Positions 34,093 through 46,143 of a DNA stretch of 64,000 bases are shown piece by piece. Origin of the DNA: an uncultured Candidatus Rokubacteria bacterium (GTDB lineage Bacteria; Methylomirabilota; Methylomirabilia; Rokubacteriales; CSP1-6); NCBI GenBank assembly GCA_963754315.1, contig CAVWFS010000018.1, positions 672,001-736,000 of the forward strand. The letters are read 5' to 3'. Below the pieces are notes generated by a model. The model worked only from the letters and a program-made list of their open reading frames with translations. It was not told the DNA's origin and did no database searches. The translations under genes and the position numbers were made by a program. Every line of letters begins with the position of its first letter. Position 1 is the stretch's first letter.

Positions 34093-35350
34093 AGAGTATC
34101 GCAAGAGCGTCCTTCCCAACGGGATCCGCATCCTCACCGAGCGTATGCCGCACGTTCGCTCGGTCGCGGTGGGAATCTGGGTGGGCACAGGCTCCCGACG
34201 TGAACCGGACGATCGGGGCGGGATCTCTCACCTGATCGAGCACCTGGTGTTCAAGGGGACGGCCACCCGGAGCGCGGAAGACATCGCGCGCACCATGGAT
34301 TCGGTCGGTGGCCAGATGGACGCCTTCACGACCAAGGAACATACCTGCTTCTACGTGCAGGTTCTCGACGAGCACCTGCCATTGGCTGTGGATCTGCTCA
34401 CCGATATCCTCCTGCACCCCCTCTTCAACGCCGAGGAGTTGGAGCGCGAGAAGTCGGTGGTCCTGCAAGAGATCAAGATGGTGGAGGATACGCCGGACGA
34501 CATTATCCACGATATCTTTGCCGAACAGGTCTGGAAAGGGCATCCCCTGGGACGGCCCATCCTGGGAACTCGTGACGGCGTGAACGGGTTCACGCGGTCG
34601 ACAGTGACCTCCCACTTCACTGACGAGTACGTGCCCCCCAAGATCATCGTGGCCGTCGCCGGCAATGTCGAGCATGCGCGTGTCGTCGATCGCTTCGCGA
34701 CCGCTTTCGGCGGCTTCCGGCGGGCACCCCTCGAGCGTGCCGACTCGCTTCCGCAGATGACCCCGAGCGTGCAGATCGTGAGCAAGAGCCTTGAGCAAGT
34801 GCACGTGGTCATGGGCTTCCCGGGACTCGCGCACGCGGCCCCTGGGCGTTACGCGCTCGTTGTCCTGAACGACATCATGGGGGGAAGCATGTCGTCTCGG
34901 CTCTTTCAGGAGGTGCGCGAGCGCCAGGGCCTGGTGTACTCGATCCATTCCGGGGCCCAGAGCTACCTCGACACGGGCCTGCTGTACCTCTACGCCGCCA
35001 CCGAGGCGTCGAACTTCTCCAAGATGCTCAAGTCGATCCTCAAGGAGTTGCGTGAGCTGAAGAAGAACGGTGTCTCTGCCGAAGAGCTGGTCCGGGCCAA
35101 GGATCACCTCAAGGGCGGTCTCATGCTTGGCCTCGAGTCGACGAGCAGCAGGATGAATCGCCTGGCCAAGCACGAGATGCACTTCGGCGCGTTCATGTCC
35201 ATGGACGCCATGTTGGCCGCCATCAGCGCCGTCCGGCACGAGGAGGTCCAGGCGCTGGTGGGAGAGCTGCTGGATGAGGAGCGGCTGGCCCTCGCCACCC
35301 TCGGTCCGCTCGACCGGCGCAATCTCCCACGCGAACTGCTCCACCGCTGA
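34085..35350 (+). CDS. M16B family zinc peptidase
   Basis: Inverted zinc motif HLIEH; GGSMSSRLFQEVRERQGLVYSI. Confidence 0.93.
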
Positions 35351-35357
35351 GCCTTCC

Positions 35358-36653
35358 ATGATCGAGCGCTACACCCGTCCGGATATGGGGCGGATCTGGA
35401 GCGAGGAGACCAAGTACGCCACCTGGCTGCGGGTCGAGCTGGCCGTGTGCGAGGCCTACGCGCGCCGGGGACGCATCCCTCCCGAGGCCCTGGCGCGAAT
35501 CCTGGCCAAGGCGCGAATCGACATCGGCCGGATCCAGGAGATCCTGGTCCGGGTCAAGCATGAGATGATCGCGCTTCTCACCAGCCTCGAGGAAGACCTC
35601 GGGGAGGACTCTCGCTTCGTCCACATCGGCCTGACCTCGTCCGACGTGTGGGACACCGCCACGGCGCTGCAGCTTCGCGATGCAGCCGACCTGCTGATCG
35701 CGGGCCAGGAGCGCCTGCGCCGCGTGCTAGGGGACTTGGCCCTGCGCCACAAGGACAGCGTCATGGTGGGGCGGACGCACGGGGTGCACGCCGAGCCCAT
35801 CACCTTCGGGCTTAAGGTCGCTGTCTGGTATGCCGAAGCCGAGCGGAATCTCGAGCGCTTGCGCCGGGCCCAGGCTGCCATCGCCGTGGGCAAGCTGTCG
35901 GGGGCAGTGGGAAGCTTTGCCCACGTGGACCCGGATCTCGAGGAGGAGGTGTGCCGCGCGCTCAGTCTGGCGCCGGCGCCCGCGTCGACCCAGGTCATCC
36001 AGCGAGACCGTCACGCCGAGTACTGTGCCGCGCTTGCCATTGCCGGTGCCTCTCTGGAGAAGATCGCTCTCGAGATCCGCGGCCTGCAGCGCACGGAGGT
36101 TCTCGAGGTGGAGGAACCGTTTGGGGAGGGGCAAAAGGGTTCCAGCGCCATGCCTCACAAGCGCAACCCCGAGCTGGCCGAGCGGATCTGCGGGCTGGCC
36201 AGGCTCCTGCGGACCAATGCTCTGGCCGCCCTGGAGAACGTGGCCCTCTGGCACGAGCGGGATATCAGCCATTCGTCGGTGGAGCGCGTCATTTTTCCCG
36301 ACTCCACCATCCTGCTCGACTACCTGCTGGATCTGACGGCGTCCGTGCTGGAGGGATTGCGGGTGGATCCTGCTCGCATGATCGAGAACTTCGACCGCAG
36401 TCACGGCCTCGTGTACTCTCAGCGTGTGCTCCTGCGACTGACGGAAGCAGGCTTGGCCCGGCAGGTAGCGTACGAGCTGGTCCAGGGCCTCGCCATGCGC
36501 GCCTGGCGCGAGCGGCGCCCCTTCTTCGACCTGCTGGCCAGCGAACCCGCTGTCACCCGCCACATCAATGCCGAAGAGCTCAAGGCATGTTTCGAACCCG
36601 CCTGGTACGTGCGGAACGTTGACGCGGTCTTTCGGAGACTCGGCCTCACGTGA
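35358..36653 (+). CDS. purB: Adenylosuccinate lyase
   Basis: MIERYTRP, GRTHGVHAEP, GSSAMPHKRNP, HERDISHSS. Confidence 0.97.
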   Translation: MIERYTRPDMGRIWSEETKYATWLRVELAVCEAYARRGRIPPEALARILAKARIDIGRIQEILVRVKHEMIALLTSLEEDLGEDSRFVHIGLTSSDVWDTATALQLRDAADLLIAGQERLRRVLGDLALRHKDSVMVGRTHGVHAEPITFGLKVAVWYAEAERNLERLRRAQAAIAVGKLSGAVGSFAHVDPDLEEEVCRALSLAPAPASTQVIQRDRHAEYCAALAIAGASLEKIALEIRGLQRTEVLEVEEPFGEGQKGSSAMPHKRNPELAERICGLARLLRTNALAALENVALWHERDISHSSVERVIFPDSTILLDYLLDLTASVLEGLRVDPARMIENFDRSHGLVYSQRVLLRLTEAGLARQVAYELVQGLAMRAWRERRPFFDLLASEPAVTRHINAEELKACFEPAWYVRNVDAVFRRLGLT

Positions 36654-37402
36654 CCTCCGGGCAGCGGAAGCCCACCACCTCCCAATCGGCACCCCGCACG
36701 TCGTCCAAGCTCTACGAAGGCAAGGCCAAGATCGTGTACGCCACAACTGATCCGGCCCAGGTCATCCAGTACTTCAAGGATGACGCCACCGCATTCAACG
36801 CGCTCAAGCGCGGGACCATCGTCGGCAAGGGTGTGGTGAACAATCGGATGTCGGCCATCGTCTTCAAGCGGCTCGAGCGGGCAGGCGTACCCACTCACTA
36901 TCTGGGTACCCCGTCCGACCGCGAGATGCTCTGCCGGCGGCTGGACATCATCAAGGTGGAGACCATCGTGCGCAATGTGGTGGCGGGTAGTCTGGCCAAG
37001 CGAACAGGGCTTGCCGAAGGGACCGTCATGGCCCGGCCCGTCGTCGAGCTGTATCTCAAGTCCGACCCGCTGGGCGATCCCATGATCAACGACGATCACG
37101 TGCGTCTGCTGAATCTGGCGACTCCCCGGGAGCTCGCCTGGATGCGGTGTACCGCGCTCCGCGTCAACACCGTCCTGCGGCCCTACCTCGAGCGCCGGGG
37201 ACTGTGTCTCGTCGACTTCAAGCTCGAGTTCGGCCGGCGGGGCCGGCAGCTCTATCTGGGCGATGAGATCTCGCCCGACACCTGCCGTCTGTGGGACGTC
37301 ACGAGTCGGGAGAAGCTCGACAAGGATCGGTTCCGGCAGGATCTGGGAGGAGTTGAGGAGGCCTACCAGGAGGTGTACCAGCGGCTCGTGAAGCGGCCAT
37401 GA
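36650..37402 (+). CDS. purC: SAICAR synthase
   Basis: LYEGKAK, FKDDATAFN, LVDFKLEFG, DEISPDTCRLWD, LDKDRFR. Confidence 0.96.
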   Translation: MTSGQRKPTTSQSAPRTSSKLYEGKAKIVYATTDPAQVIQYFKDDATAFNALKRGTIVGKGVVNNRMSAIVFKRLERAGVPTHYLGTPSDREMLCRRLDIIKVETIVRNVVAGSLAKRTGLAEGTVMARPVVELYLKSDPLGDPMINDDHVRLLNLATPRELAWMRCTALRVNTVLRPYLERRGLCLVDFKLEFGRRGRQLYLGDEISPDTCRLWDVTSREKLDKDRFRQDLGGVEEAYQEVYQRLVKRP

Positions 37403-37668
37403 CCTTGCGGGTTCTCGTCCGGCTCAAGCCCGGGATCATGGACGTGCAAGGCACGGCAGTGCAGCGCGCTCTGGTGGGGCTCGGCTTCGGTGATCTCACG
37501 GGGCTCCGGATCGGCAAGGTGATCGAGATGGATCTCGAAGCCCCATCGCCCGAGAGGGCGCGGGCGCGCGCGGAGGACATGTGCAGGAAGCTTCTGGCCA
37601 ATCCGGTCCTCGAGGACTATGAGGTCCACGTGCTCGGCGATGTTGCGACACCAGGGCCAGGACGCTAA
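37399..37668 (+). CDS. purS: FGAM synthase subunit PurS
   Basis: LKPGIMDVQG, RIGK, KLLANPVLEDY. Confidence 0.93.
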   Translation: MTLRVLVRLKPGIMDVQGTAVQRALVGLGFGDLTGLRIGKVIEMDLEAPSPERARARAEDMCRKLLANPVLEDYEVHVLGDVATPGPGR

Positions 37669-37683
37669 GATGAGTCGGCTTTC

Positions 37684-38397
37684 ATGAACTTCGGTGTGGC
37701 CGTGTTCCCCGGTACCTGGAGTGATGCCGACTTTCACCATGTCATCGCCGATGTTCTCGGCCAGCCCGTCCGTTACGTCTGGCACCGAGAAACCGACCTC
37801 ACGCAGCTCGACTGCGTGATTCTGCCCGGCGGGTTTGCCTACGGCGACTATCTGCGGGCGGGGGCGGTGGCAGCGAGGTCACCCCTCGTCCGCGTTCTCC
37901 CCGAGTTCGTGGCAAGGGGGGGCTTTGTGCTCGGATCGTGCAATGGCTTCCAAATCTTGTGTGAGGCAGGGCTTCTGCCGGGCGCGCTCATGCGCAACGA
38001 GTGTCTGCAGTACCGATGTCAGATGGTCCACCTGCGCGTTGAGAACACCGATACGGTCTTCACGCGGGCCTGTCGGGAGGGGCAAGTGCTGACCATGCCG
38101 ATCTCCCACGGGGAGGGCAGGTACTACGCCGATCCAGGCACCCTGGAACGGCTGCAGAACTCGAAGCAGATCGTGTTTCGCTACGCTACCGCCCACGGAC
38201 AACTCACCCCTGAGACCAATCCCAATGGATCGCTGGGCGCCATCGCGGGAGTCGTGAATGAGTCGGGAACCGTGCTCGGTATGATGCCGCATCCCGAACG
38301 TGCGGCCGAGATGATTCTTGGAGGAGCGGATGGCCTCTTGATCTTCCAGTCTCTCCTCGGACTGCTCGTCGAGGCGGGCACCTTCACGCGTCGGTAG
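37684..38397 (+). CDS. purQ: FGAM synthase subunit PurQ
   Basis: [33 protein letters not shown]. Confidence 0.96.
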   Translation: MNFGVAVFPGTWSDADFHHVIADVLGQPVRYVWHRETDLTQLDCVILPGGFAYGDYLRAGAVAARSPLVRVLPEFVARGGFVLGSCNGFQILCEAGLLPGALMRNECLQYRCQMVHLRVENTDTVFTRACREGQVLTMPISHGEGRYYADPGTLERLQNSKQIVFRYATAHGQLTPETNPNGSLGAIAGVVNESGTVLGMMPHPERAAEMILGGADGLLIFQSLLGLLVEAGTFTRR

Positions 38398-38399
38398 CC

Positions 38400-40625
38400 A
38401 TCGCCACCGAGGTTTCGCCCTCCGTCACCGCCGAGCTCGCCGGGTCACTCGGTCTGACTTGTGACGAGTACGAGCGTATTGTGACGCGTCTGGGGCGGCA
38501 GCCTACCTACGCAGAGCTCGGGCTGTTCTCGGCACTGTGGTCAGAGCATTGCTCGTACAAGCACTCGCGGGTTTTCCTGCGCCGGCTGCCGCAGACCGGT
38601 CCGGCTGTCCTGCAGGGTCCGGGCGAGAACGCGGGAGCGATCGACATCGGGGACGGCTGGGCTGTGGTCTTCAAGATCGAAAGTCACAACCACCCTTCCT
38701 TCATAGAGCCCTTCCAGGGGGCGGCCACCGGGGTGGGGGGAATCCTGCGCGACATCTTCACCATGGGGGCACGGCCCATTGCGCTGCTCGATTCGCTCCG
38801 TTTCGGGGATCCCGCCGACCCTAAGACCCGGCACCTCATTCAGGGAGTCGTAGCGGGCATCAGCTGGTACGGCAACTGCTTTGGCTGCCCGACGGTGGGG
38901 GGCGAGATCGCCTTCGCCCCCGAGTATTCAGGCAATCCCCTCGTCAACGTCATGTGTGTCGGGCTCGTCCGCGCTGACAAGATCTTTCGGGCTCGGGCCG
39001 AGGGGCTCGGGAACCCGGTCTTCTACGTGGGCAACAAGACGGGTCGGGACGGGATCCACGGGGCGACCATGGCCTCCGCCGCTTTTGACGAGCGGGCCGC
39101 AGAGCGGCGCCCCACGGTCCAGGTGGGCGATCCCTTCACCGAGAAGCTCTTGCTCGAGGCGTGCCTGGAAGCGATGGCCAGTGGAGCCGTGATAGGGATC
39201 CAGGATATGGGGGCGGCCGGGTTGGCCTGCTGCACCTCGGAGATGCCGGCGCGGAGCGACACGGGAATGGACGTTGACCTCACCCGTGTTCCCCGCCGCG
39301 AGAGCGGGATGTCGGCTTACGAGATCCTTTTGTCGGAGTCCCAGGAGCGCATGCTCTTGGTGGCGGAGAACGGGCGGGAGCCGGAGATCGGGCGCATCTT
39401 CGCCAAGTGGGATCTCGATGCGGTCGAAATCGGTCGCGTGACCGCGGGGCCTGATCTCGTCGTACGGCTCGATGGAGCCGAGGTGGCGCGAGTGCCGGTT
39501 GAAGCGCTGAACGCAGCGCCGATCTATGAGAAACCCACGGCGGCTCCGCCGTGGCTGGCCGCGCAGCGGGCGGTCGATCCCCTGGCCTTCGCCGAGCCAG
39601 CTGATGGCACCGAGGCGCTCGAGGCGCTGCTGGGCTCGCCAACGATCGCGTCGAAGGCCTGGGCGTTTCGTCAATACGACCAGCAGGTTGGCCTCAACAG
39701 CCTGGTGGCCCCCGGCTCCGACGCGGCGGTGCTGCGCGTCAAAGGAACGCGGCGAGGCTTGGCGGTTGCCACTGACGGCAATGCCCGCTATGTCGCACTC
39801 GATCCGCGGCGCGGAGCGGCCATGGCGGTGGCCGAGGCGGCCCGGAACGTGTCCTGTGCCGGCGGTCGCCCTCTGGGAGTGACGGACTGTCTGAACTTCG
39901 GCTCGCCGGAGCGACCGGAGATCCTGTGGCAGTTCGTCAACGCCATCGAGGGCATTGCCGAAGCGTGCCGCGCGCTCCAGCTGCCGGTAGTGGGGGGCAA
40001 CGTTTCCTTCTACAATGAGACCAGTGGCCACGCTATCCCACCCACGCCGATCATCGGGGTGGTGGGGGTCCTGGATGAAGTCGAGCGGCACGCCACCCAG
40101 TGGTTCAAGGGTGATGGCCATCGGATCGCGCTGTTGGGCGGCGCCGACATCAGCCTCGGGGGCAGCGAATACCTCTGGACCCGACATGGCGTGTTGGGAG
40201 GAGAGCTGGCGCCGCTCGATCTCGACCTGGAGGGGCGTGTCCAGGCGGCGGCGCGGGCTGCCGTGCAGGCCGGTCTGGTTTCGGCCTCTCACGACTGCGC
40301 CGAAGGGGGGCTAGCCGTTGCGCTGGCGGAGGGATGCGTTTCCGGACCGGAGCTCATCGGGTGCACGGTGACGCTCGCCGAGTCCCACCGGGCAGACCTC
40401 GCCCTGTTCGGCGAGGGCCCGTCACGGCTCGTGGTGACGGTCGAAACGGAGCGAGCCCGGGCCTTCGAGGCGCTGATGGCCGAGTGGCTCCTCCCGTGGT
40501 GCTGGATCGGGCAGACGGGGGGGCCGCGGATGGTAGTGGCGATAGGGGGGCAAACGGTCGTGAACGCGGATCTCGGTCGGCTCCAGACCGCGTGGAGGAA
40601 CGGATTTGAACGTCACGTGGGGTGA
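38400..40625 (+). CDS. purL: FGAM synthase subunit PurL; start probably at the non-canonical ATC 38400
   Basis: [10 protein letters not shown] lies upstream of the first canonical start (GTG 38481); [32 protein letters not shown]. Confidence 0.94.
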   Translation: MATEVSPSVTAELAGSLGLTCDEYERIVTRLGRQPTYAELGLFSALWSEHCSYKHSRVFLRRLPQTGPAVLQGPGENAGAIDIGDGWAVVFKIESHNHPSFIEPFQGAATGVGGILRDIFTMGARPIALLDSLRFGDPADPKTRHLIQGVVAGISWYGNCFGCPTVGGEIAFAPEYSGNPLVNVMCVGLVRADKIFRARAEGLGNPVFYVGNKTGRDGIHGATMASAAFDERAAERRPTVQVGDPFTEKLLLEACLEAMASGAVIGIQDMGAAGLACCTSEMPARSDTGMDVDLTRVPRRESGMSAYEILLSESQERMLLVAENGREPEIGRIFAKWDLDAVEIGRVTAGPDLVVRLDGAEVARVPVEALNAAPIYEKPTAAPPWLAAQRAVDPLAFAEPADGTEALEALLGSPTIASKAWAFRQYDQQVGLNSLVAPGSDAAVLRVKGTRRGLAVATDGNARYVALDPRRGAAMAVAEAARNVSCAGGRPLGVTDCLNFGSPERPEILWQFVNAIEGIAEACRALQLPVVGGNVSFYNETSGHAIPPTPIIGVVGVLDEVERHATQWFKGDGHRIALLGGADISLGGSEYLWTRHGVLGGELAPLDLDLEGRVQAAARAAVQAGLVSASHDCAEGGLAVALAEGCVSGPELIGCTVTLAESHRADLALFGEGPSRLVVTVETERARAFEALMAEWLLPWCWIGQTGGPRMVVAIGGQTVVNADLGRLQTAWRNGFERHVG

Positions 40626-42018
40626 CGACAAGTTCCACGACGAATGTGGGCTCTTCGGTATCTGGAACCATCCGGAGGCCGCCAACGTGACCTATCTCGG
40701 CCTCTATGCCCTCCAGCATCGTGGACAGGAGTCCGCGGGTATCGCGGCTAGTGACGGCACCGCCTTTCACACCGAGAAGGCCATGGGCTGGGTGGCCGAC
40801 GTCTTCAGTCCAGAGCGGCTGCGCCGGCTCCCCGGCACGCGAGCGATCGGACACGTCCGCTATTCGACGGCAGGCAGCTCGAACCTGCGCAACGCCCAGC
40901 CCATCACGGCCAGCACGGCGCGGGGTCCCATCGCCATCGCCCACAACGGCAATTTGACGAATGCGGACCACTTGCGACGTGAAATGGAGCGCGACGGCGC
41001 CATCTTCCAGTCAAATTCCGACACCGAGGTGATTCTGCACCTCCTGGCGCGGGCCCCGGCTGCACCGCTCGAGGAGCAGCTGCCCCACGTCCTCGCTCAG
41101 GTTCAGGGTGCCTATTCGCTGCTCCTGCTCACGCCGGACGCCCTCTACGCCGTGCGCGATCCGTATGGGTTCCGACCGCTTTCGCTTGGGCGCCTCGACC
41201 ACGCGTGGCTGGTGGCCTCCGAGACCTGCGCGCTCGATCTCATGGAGGCCCAGACCGAGCGGGACGTGGAGCCGGGAGAGCTGGTCGTCGTGAGCGACGC
41301 CGGGATCAAGTCGATCCGGGCCTTCGCGCCGCGCGCCCGGCTGCAGTGCGTGTTCGAGTACGTGTACTTCGCGCGCCCGGATTCGATCCTGTGGGGACGC
41401 AACGTGCATACCGTGCGCAAGGCGCTCGGTCACCAACTGGCGCGCGAGCATCCGGTTCTGGCCGATATCGTCATCCCCGTTCCCGACTCGGGCGTGAGCG
41501 CCGCCCTCGGCTACTCCGAGGAATCGGGGACACGCTACGAGATGGGGCTGATCCGTAACCACTACGTCGGCCGCACCTTCATCGAACCAAAGCAGGGGAT
41601 CCGCCACTTCGGGGTGAAGGTGAAGCTCAACCCCATGCGCACGATGCTGGAGGGGAGGCGGGTGGTGGTCGTGGACGATTCGATCGTGCGCGGCACGACG
41701 AGCCGCAAGATCGTCAGGATGATCCGCAGTGCTGGCGCCCGCGAGGTTCACATGCGCATCTCGTCGCCCCCAATTCAGTGGCCGTGTTACTACGGGATCG
41801 ATACACCCACACGGAGAGAGCTCATTGGGTCTAGCCACGACGTGGAGGAGATCCGGCGCTACCTGAGTGCCGATAGTCTGGGTTATTTGTCGCTGGAGGG
41901 GATGCTGAAGGCCACCGGGGCCGATCCCGAGCACTTCTGCCACGCATGCTTCACCGGTGACTACCGCGTCGGGATCGAGCCCGAGCCGGCCGCTCAGCTC
42001 CGACTCTTCGAACCATAG
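40606..42018 (+). CDS. purF: Amidophosphoribosyltransferase
   Basis: [35 protein letters not shown] start with GGAGG SD. Confidence 0.97.
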   Translation: MNVTWGDDKFHDECGLFGIWNHPEAANVTYLGLYALQHRGQESAGIAASDGTAFHTEKAMGWVADVFSPERLRRLPGTRAIGHVRYSTAGSSNLRNAQPITASTARGPIAIAHNGNLTNADHLRREMERDGAIFQSNSDTEVILHLLARAPAAPLEEQLPHVLAQVQGAYSLLLLTPDALYAVRDPYGFRPLSLGRLDHAWLVASETCALDLMEAQTERDVEPGELVVVSDAGIKSIRAFAPRARLQCVFEYVYFARPDSILWGRNVHTVRKALGHQLAREHPVLADIVIPVPDSGVSAALGYSEESGTRYEMGLIRNHYVGRTFIEPKQGIRHFGVKVKLNPMRTMLEGRRVVVVDDSIVRGTTSRKIVRMIRSAGAREVHMRISSPPIQWPCYYGIDTPTRRELIGSSHDVEEIRRYLSADSLGYLSLEGMLKATGADPEHFCHACFTGDYRVGIEPEPAAQLRLFEP

Positions 42019-42035
42019 CCGAGACCAGGAATGAC

Positions 42036-43073
42036 TTGACCCGGATGAAGCCTCTGACGTATCAGGACACGGGTGTTGACATCGACCGCGGGGAGGAGGT
42101 TGTTCGCCGCATCGCGCCGCTGGCGCAGGGAACACGCCGTCAGGAGGTCCTCGGTGGGATCGGTGCCTTCGCCGGCTTCGTCACCGTCCCCCCCGGATTC
42201 CAGGAGCCGGTGCTGGTGTCCTCCACCGACGGGGTGGGAAGCAAGCTCAAGGTGGCTTTCCTGGCTGATCGTCACCACACCGTGGGTGTCGACCTGGTGG
42301 CGATGGGTGTCAACGACTTGCTCGTCCACGGGGCGGAGCCCCTGTACTTTCTTGACTACGTGGCTCTCGCCCGGATCGATCCTGCCCGCGTTGAGAGCAT
42401 CGTACGGGGGGTGGCGGACGGGTGTCGGCAAGCGGGGTGTGCCCTCATTGGGGGTGAGACCGCCGAGCTGCCAGACCTCTACCGGGACGGTGAATACGAC
42501 CTGGCCGGGTTCGCGGTGGGCATCGTCGAGCGGGCCAAGATCATCGACGGAAGACGCGTTTGTCCCGGCGACGTCGTGTTGGGGCTCGCATCGTCAGGTC
42601 TTCACTCGAACGGCTACAGCCTGGCCCGCCGCATCGTCTTTGGCGTGATGGGTCTGGGGGTCGACGCGATGCTTCCCGGCGTGGGCCGCTCAGTCGCCGA
42701 CGAGCTCCTCGAGCCCACGCGGATTTACGTCCATGCCGTTCGGACGTTGCTGTCGAGGGTCGACGTGCATGCGATGGCCCACATCACGGGAGGGGGTCTC
42801 TCCGGTAACGTTCCCCGCGTCCTCCCCGAGAATTGTCGCGCCGTTGTGCGCCGTCAGGCGTGGAGCGTCCCACCCGTCTTCCGGACGCTGTCGGAGGCGG
42901 GCATGGTCAACGAAGGCGAGATGTTCCGCACGTTCAACATGGGTGTCGGTTACGTGGTAGTCATCCCCCCTTCTGCGGTGGTAGAGGCCCGGGCTGTCCT
43001 GGCCGGCACCGGGGAAACGGTTTACGAGTTGGGTGAGATCGTGTCCGGTGAACGAGGAGTCGAGCTGGCGTGA
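42036..43073 (+). CDS. purM: AIR synthase
   Basis: TDGVGSKL, GGETAELP, SSGLHSNGYSL, HITGGG, TFNMG. Confidence 0.97.
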   Translation: MTRMKPLTYQDTGVDIDRGEEVVRRIAPLAQGTRRQEVLGGIGAFAGFVTVPPGFQEPVLVSSTDGVGSKLKVAFLADRHHTVGVDLVAMGVNDLLVHGAEPLYFLDYVALARIDPARVESIVRGVADGCRQAGCALIGGETAELPDLYRDGEYDLAGFAVGIVERAKIIDGRRVCPGDVVLGLASSGLHSNGYSLARRIVFGVMGLGVDAMLPGVGRSVADELLEPTRIYVHAVRTLLSRVDVHAMAHITGGGLSGNVPRVLPENCRAVVRRQAWSVPPVFRTLSEAGMVNEGEMFRTFNMGVGYVVVIPPSAVVEARAVLAGTGETVYELGEIVSGERGVELA

Positions 43074-43690
43074 CGGGACGGCTGCAAGTGAGTGTGCTCG
43101 CCTCGGGCCGAGGCTCGAACTTGGCGGCCATCCTCGCGGCTGCCGCCTCTGCCGATTTCCCCGCCGAGGTGGCACTGGTTGTCTCGGATCGGCAGGGCGC
43201 GGCCGCCCTCGATCGGGCGCGTCACGCCGATGTACCCAGCGTCTTTCTCGATCCTCAACGTCATAGTGATCGGGACGCCTACGAGTCCGCACTGCTTGCT
43301 CTCCACCGCGAGAGAGAGATCGGGCTGGTATGCCTGGCGGGATACATGCGCATTCTGGGCCCGCGCTTCGTGCGGGCGTTCCAGGGCCGGATCTTGAACA
43401 TTCATCCGTCGCTCCTGCCGGCCTTCCCGGGCTTGGCCGCTCAGCGTCAGGCCCTGGAGTACGGAGTCAAGGTGACGGGAGCCACCGTGCACTTCGTCGA
43501 CGAGGGTATCGACACCGGTCCCATTGTTCTCCAGGCGGCCGTCCCCGTGCTCCCGGATGACACAGAGGCCTCGCTGTCGGCACGTATTCTCGCCCAGGAG
43601 CACCGTCTCTATCCCGAGGCCATCCGACTCTATGCCACGGGCCGACTCAGAATCGCTGGCCGGCGAACACTGGTGGGGGCTCTGACATGA
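43070..43690 (+). CDS. purN: GAR formyltransferase
   Basis: SGRGSNL, LAGYMRIL, NIHPSLLP, GATVHFVDEGIDTGP. Confidence 0.97.
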   Translation: MTGRLQVSVLASGRGSNLAAILAAAASADFPAEVALVVSDRQGAAALDRARHADVPSVFLDPQRHSDRDAYESALLALHREREIGLVCLAGYMRILGPRFVRAFQGRILNIHPSLLPAFPGLAAQRQALEYGVKVTGATVHFVDEGIDTGPIVLQAAVPVLPDDTEASLSARILAQEHRLYPEAIRLYATGRLRIAGRRTLVGALT

Positions 43691-45249
43691 AGGTCCAGCG
43701 CGCGCTGCTCAGCGTTCATGACAAGGCGGGCGTGGTGGATCTCGCCCGAGCCCTGGCCGGGTTCGGTGTGGAGATCCTCTCGACTGGAGGGACGGCCCGG
43801 CTCCTGCGCGAATCCGGCGTGACGGTGCGCGAGGTGGCCGACGTCACGGGGTTCCCGGAGATGCTGGACGGTCGGGTCAAGACCTTGCATCCCAGGATCC
43901 ACGGGGGGATTCTGGCCAGACGCGACCGTCCCGAGCACTTGACGGCGCTTCGGCAGCACGGGATTGACCCCATCGATCTCGTGGTGAGCGGCCTCTACCC
44001 CTTCGAGGCCACGGCGGCGCGACCGGGCGTCAGCCGCGACGAGGTCATCGAGCAGATCGACATCGGCGGGCCGGCTCTGATCCGAGCGGCCGCCAAGAAC
44101 CATGCTGGTGTCGCCGTAGTCACGCATCCGTCCCAGTATGCTGGTGTCCTGGCCGAGCTCTCCGCGACGGGGGGGCAGCTGGGCGAGGACACGCTCGTGC
44201 GCCTGGCCCAGGACGCCTTTCGCCGCACAGCCGACTACGACGCCGCCATTGCCGCCTTTCTCGCGGCCGACCGGGAATCGTCCGCGTTTGCCGAGTCCCT
44301 GCGCGTGGACGCAAGGCGGGTGACGACCTTGCGGTACGGTGAGAATCCCCACCAGAGCGCAGCCTTCTATCGAGTGACCGGTGAGGTGCCTTGGGGTTTG
44401 GCGGCCCTCGAGCAGCTGCATGGGCCCGAGCTGTCTTACAACAACCTCCTCGACTTCTCGGCAGCCCTGGCGCTGCTCGTCGAGCTGGAGGCGCCGGCGG
44501 CCGTGGTCATCAAGCACACGAACCCCTGTGGCGTGGCCATCGGCTCGACCGTCGGTGAGGCGATGGCCAGGGCCAAAGCGTCGGATCCGGTGTCGATCTA
44601 CGGCGGTATCGTCGGGGTCAATCGCCCCCTCGATATGCCGGTCGTGCAGGCGCTGGCCGGGATCTTCGTGGAGATTCTGTTCGCACCCGCCTACACCGAA
44701 GAGGCACTGGGAGAACTTCGGCGCACCAAGAGGAAGGTACGGCTCTTCCGCCTTCCCTGCGAGGCGACAGAGTGGCCCGCGCAACGCGTGGAGTTGAGAA
44801 CCGTCCTCGGCGGGCTGCTGGCTCAGACGACCGACCCGCCCCAGGCCGCCGAACCGCCGCTCAAAACGGTGACGCGGCGGGAACCCTCCGCACACGAGCT
44901 GGCCGCCCTCCGTCTCGCCTGGCGGGTAGCCAAGCACACCAAGTCCAACGCCATTGTGCTGGCCCGACGGGACCAGGTCATCGGCGTGGGGGCGGGACAG
45001 ATGAATCGTGTGGATTCGGCCCGGCTGGCCGTGTTGCGGGCTCAGGAGGTCGGCCTGGTCACGAACGGTGCTGTCTGTGCATCCGACGCGTTCTTCCCGT
45101 TCCGGGATGCCCTCGACGTCGTGGCCCAGGCGGGGGCCACCGCGGTGATCCATCCGGGCGGTTCGCTCCGTGACGACGAGGTCATCACGGCCGCCAATGA
45201 GCACGGAATGGCCATGGTGATCACCGGTATTCGTCACTTTCGCCACTGA
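43687..45249 (+). CDS. purH: AICAR transformylase / IMP cyclohydrolase
   Basis: [41 protein letters not shown]. Confidence 0.97.
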   Translation: MKVQRALLSVHDKAGVVDLARALAGFGVEILSTGGTARLLRESGVTVREVADVTGFPEMLDGRVKTLHPRIHGGILARRDRPEHLTALRQHGIDPIDLVVSGLYPFEATAARPGVSRDEVIEQIDIGGPALIRAAAKNHAGVAVVTHPSQYAGVLAELSATGGQLGEDTLVRLAQDAFRRTADYDAAIAAFLAADRESSAFAESLRVDARRVTTLRYGENPHQSAAFYRVTGEVPWGLAALEQLHGPELSYNNLLDFSAALALLVELEAPAAVVIKHTNPCGVAIGSTVGEAMARAKASDPVSIYGGIVGVNRPLDMPVVQALAGIFVEILFAPAYTEEALGELRRTKRKVRLFRLPCEATEWPAQRVELRTVLGGLLAQTTDPPQAAEPPLKTVTRREPSAHELAALRLAWRVAKHTKSNAIVLARRDQVIGVGAGQMNRVDSARLAVLRAQEVGLVTNGAVCASDAFFPFRDALDVVAQAGATAVIHPGGSLRDDEVITAANEHGMAMVITGIRHFRH

Positions 45250-45258
45250 GGTCATCGG

Positions 45259-46143
45259 GTGGCGTCCACGGAGCGCGTGTACGGGCTACGGGAATTGACG
45301 CGCGTGCTCGCGCTGACTCCCAAGCGCGTGGCCCAGCTCAAGCGGCTCGACCTTCTCCGGGAGACGAGCTATTCCTTCCGCGATTTGGCTGCCCTGCGGG
45401 TGGCGGCCGCTCTGCTGGACGCAGGCGCGTCCGTACGACAGATCCGGGAAGCCCTGACCGCGTTGCGGCGTCATGACCCGGCTCTGGAGCATCCGCTGAC
45501 CGAGGTGCGGTTTGTCGTGGAGGGCCAGCGGCTGCTAGCCCAGTCCGAGCGAGTCCGCTTCGACCCTCGCAATGGACAGATGGTGCTCGACCTCGACGTT
45601 CACGGGCTCCGGCACGAGGCGGACGCCACCTTGCGCAGCGGACTCGTGCGGCCTCTGGCCCCGCCCCTCGAGCAGGCGGAGACCTGGTTTGAGCGGGCCT
45701 CGGAGTGTGACAACGATCCGGCCCGCTGGGACGAGGCCATCGACGCCTACCGGCGCGTGGTGGCCATCGATCCCACGTACGCTGCCGCCTGGAACAACCT
45801 CGGATTAGTTCTGCACCGAATCGGCAAGTATGCGGAGGCTCGGTCGGCCTACGAGTCGGCGCTCGAGCAGGAGCCACGGTGTTGCGAGGCCGCCTATAAC
45901 CTCGGCTCTCTCGACGAAGACGAGGGCAACGTCGACGAGGCGATCCGGCACTATCGACGGGCGCTGAAGCTCTCGGGCGACTATGCGGACGCGCACTTTA
46001 ACCTCGCCGCGGCCTTGGCGCGCTCGGGGCGTCCGGCGGAGGCGATTGGGCACTGGCAGCGCTATCTGGAACTCGATGGCGGGAGTCCGTGGGCGCGCAT
46101 CGCGCGCGCTCACCTCGAGATCGTGGAGCCACCCGAACCATGA
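45259..46143 (+). CDS. MerR-like HTH + tetratricopeptide repeat protein
   Basis: YSFRDLAALRVAAALLDAGASVRQIREAL (MerR-like wing/helix); TPRs AWNNLG, AAYNLG, AHFNLA. Confidence 0.8.
   Translation: MASTERVYGLRELTRVLALTPKRVAQLKRLDLLRETSYSFRDLAALRVAAALLDAGASVRQIREALTALRRHDPALEHPLTEVRFVVEGQRLLAQSERVRFDPRNGQMVLDLDVHGLRHEADATLRSGLVRPLAPPLEQAETWFERASECDNDPARWDEAIDAYRRVVAIDPTYAAAWNNLGLVLHRIGKYAEARSAYESALEQEPRCCEAAYNLGSLDEDEGNVDEAIRHYRRALKLSGDYADAHFNLAAALARSGRPAEAIGHWQRYLELDGGSPWARIARAHLEIVEPPEP

Noticed and set aside
38928..40292. 454 aa reverse-strand ORF
   Set aside because: Antisense shadow of purL; expected in high-GC coding DNA; no motifs
43630..45255. 541 aa reverse-strand ORF
   Set aside because: Antisense shadow of purH; no recognisable motifs
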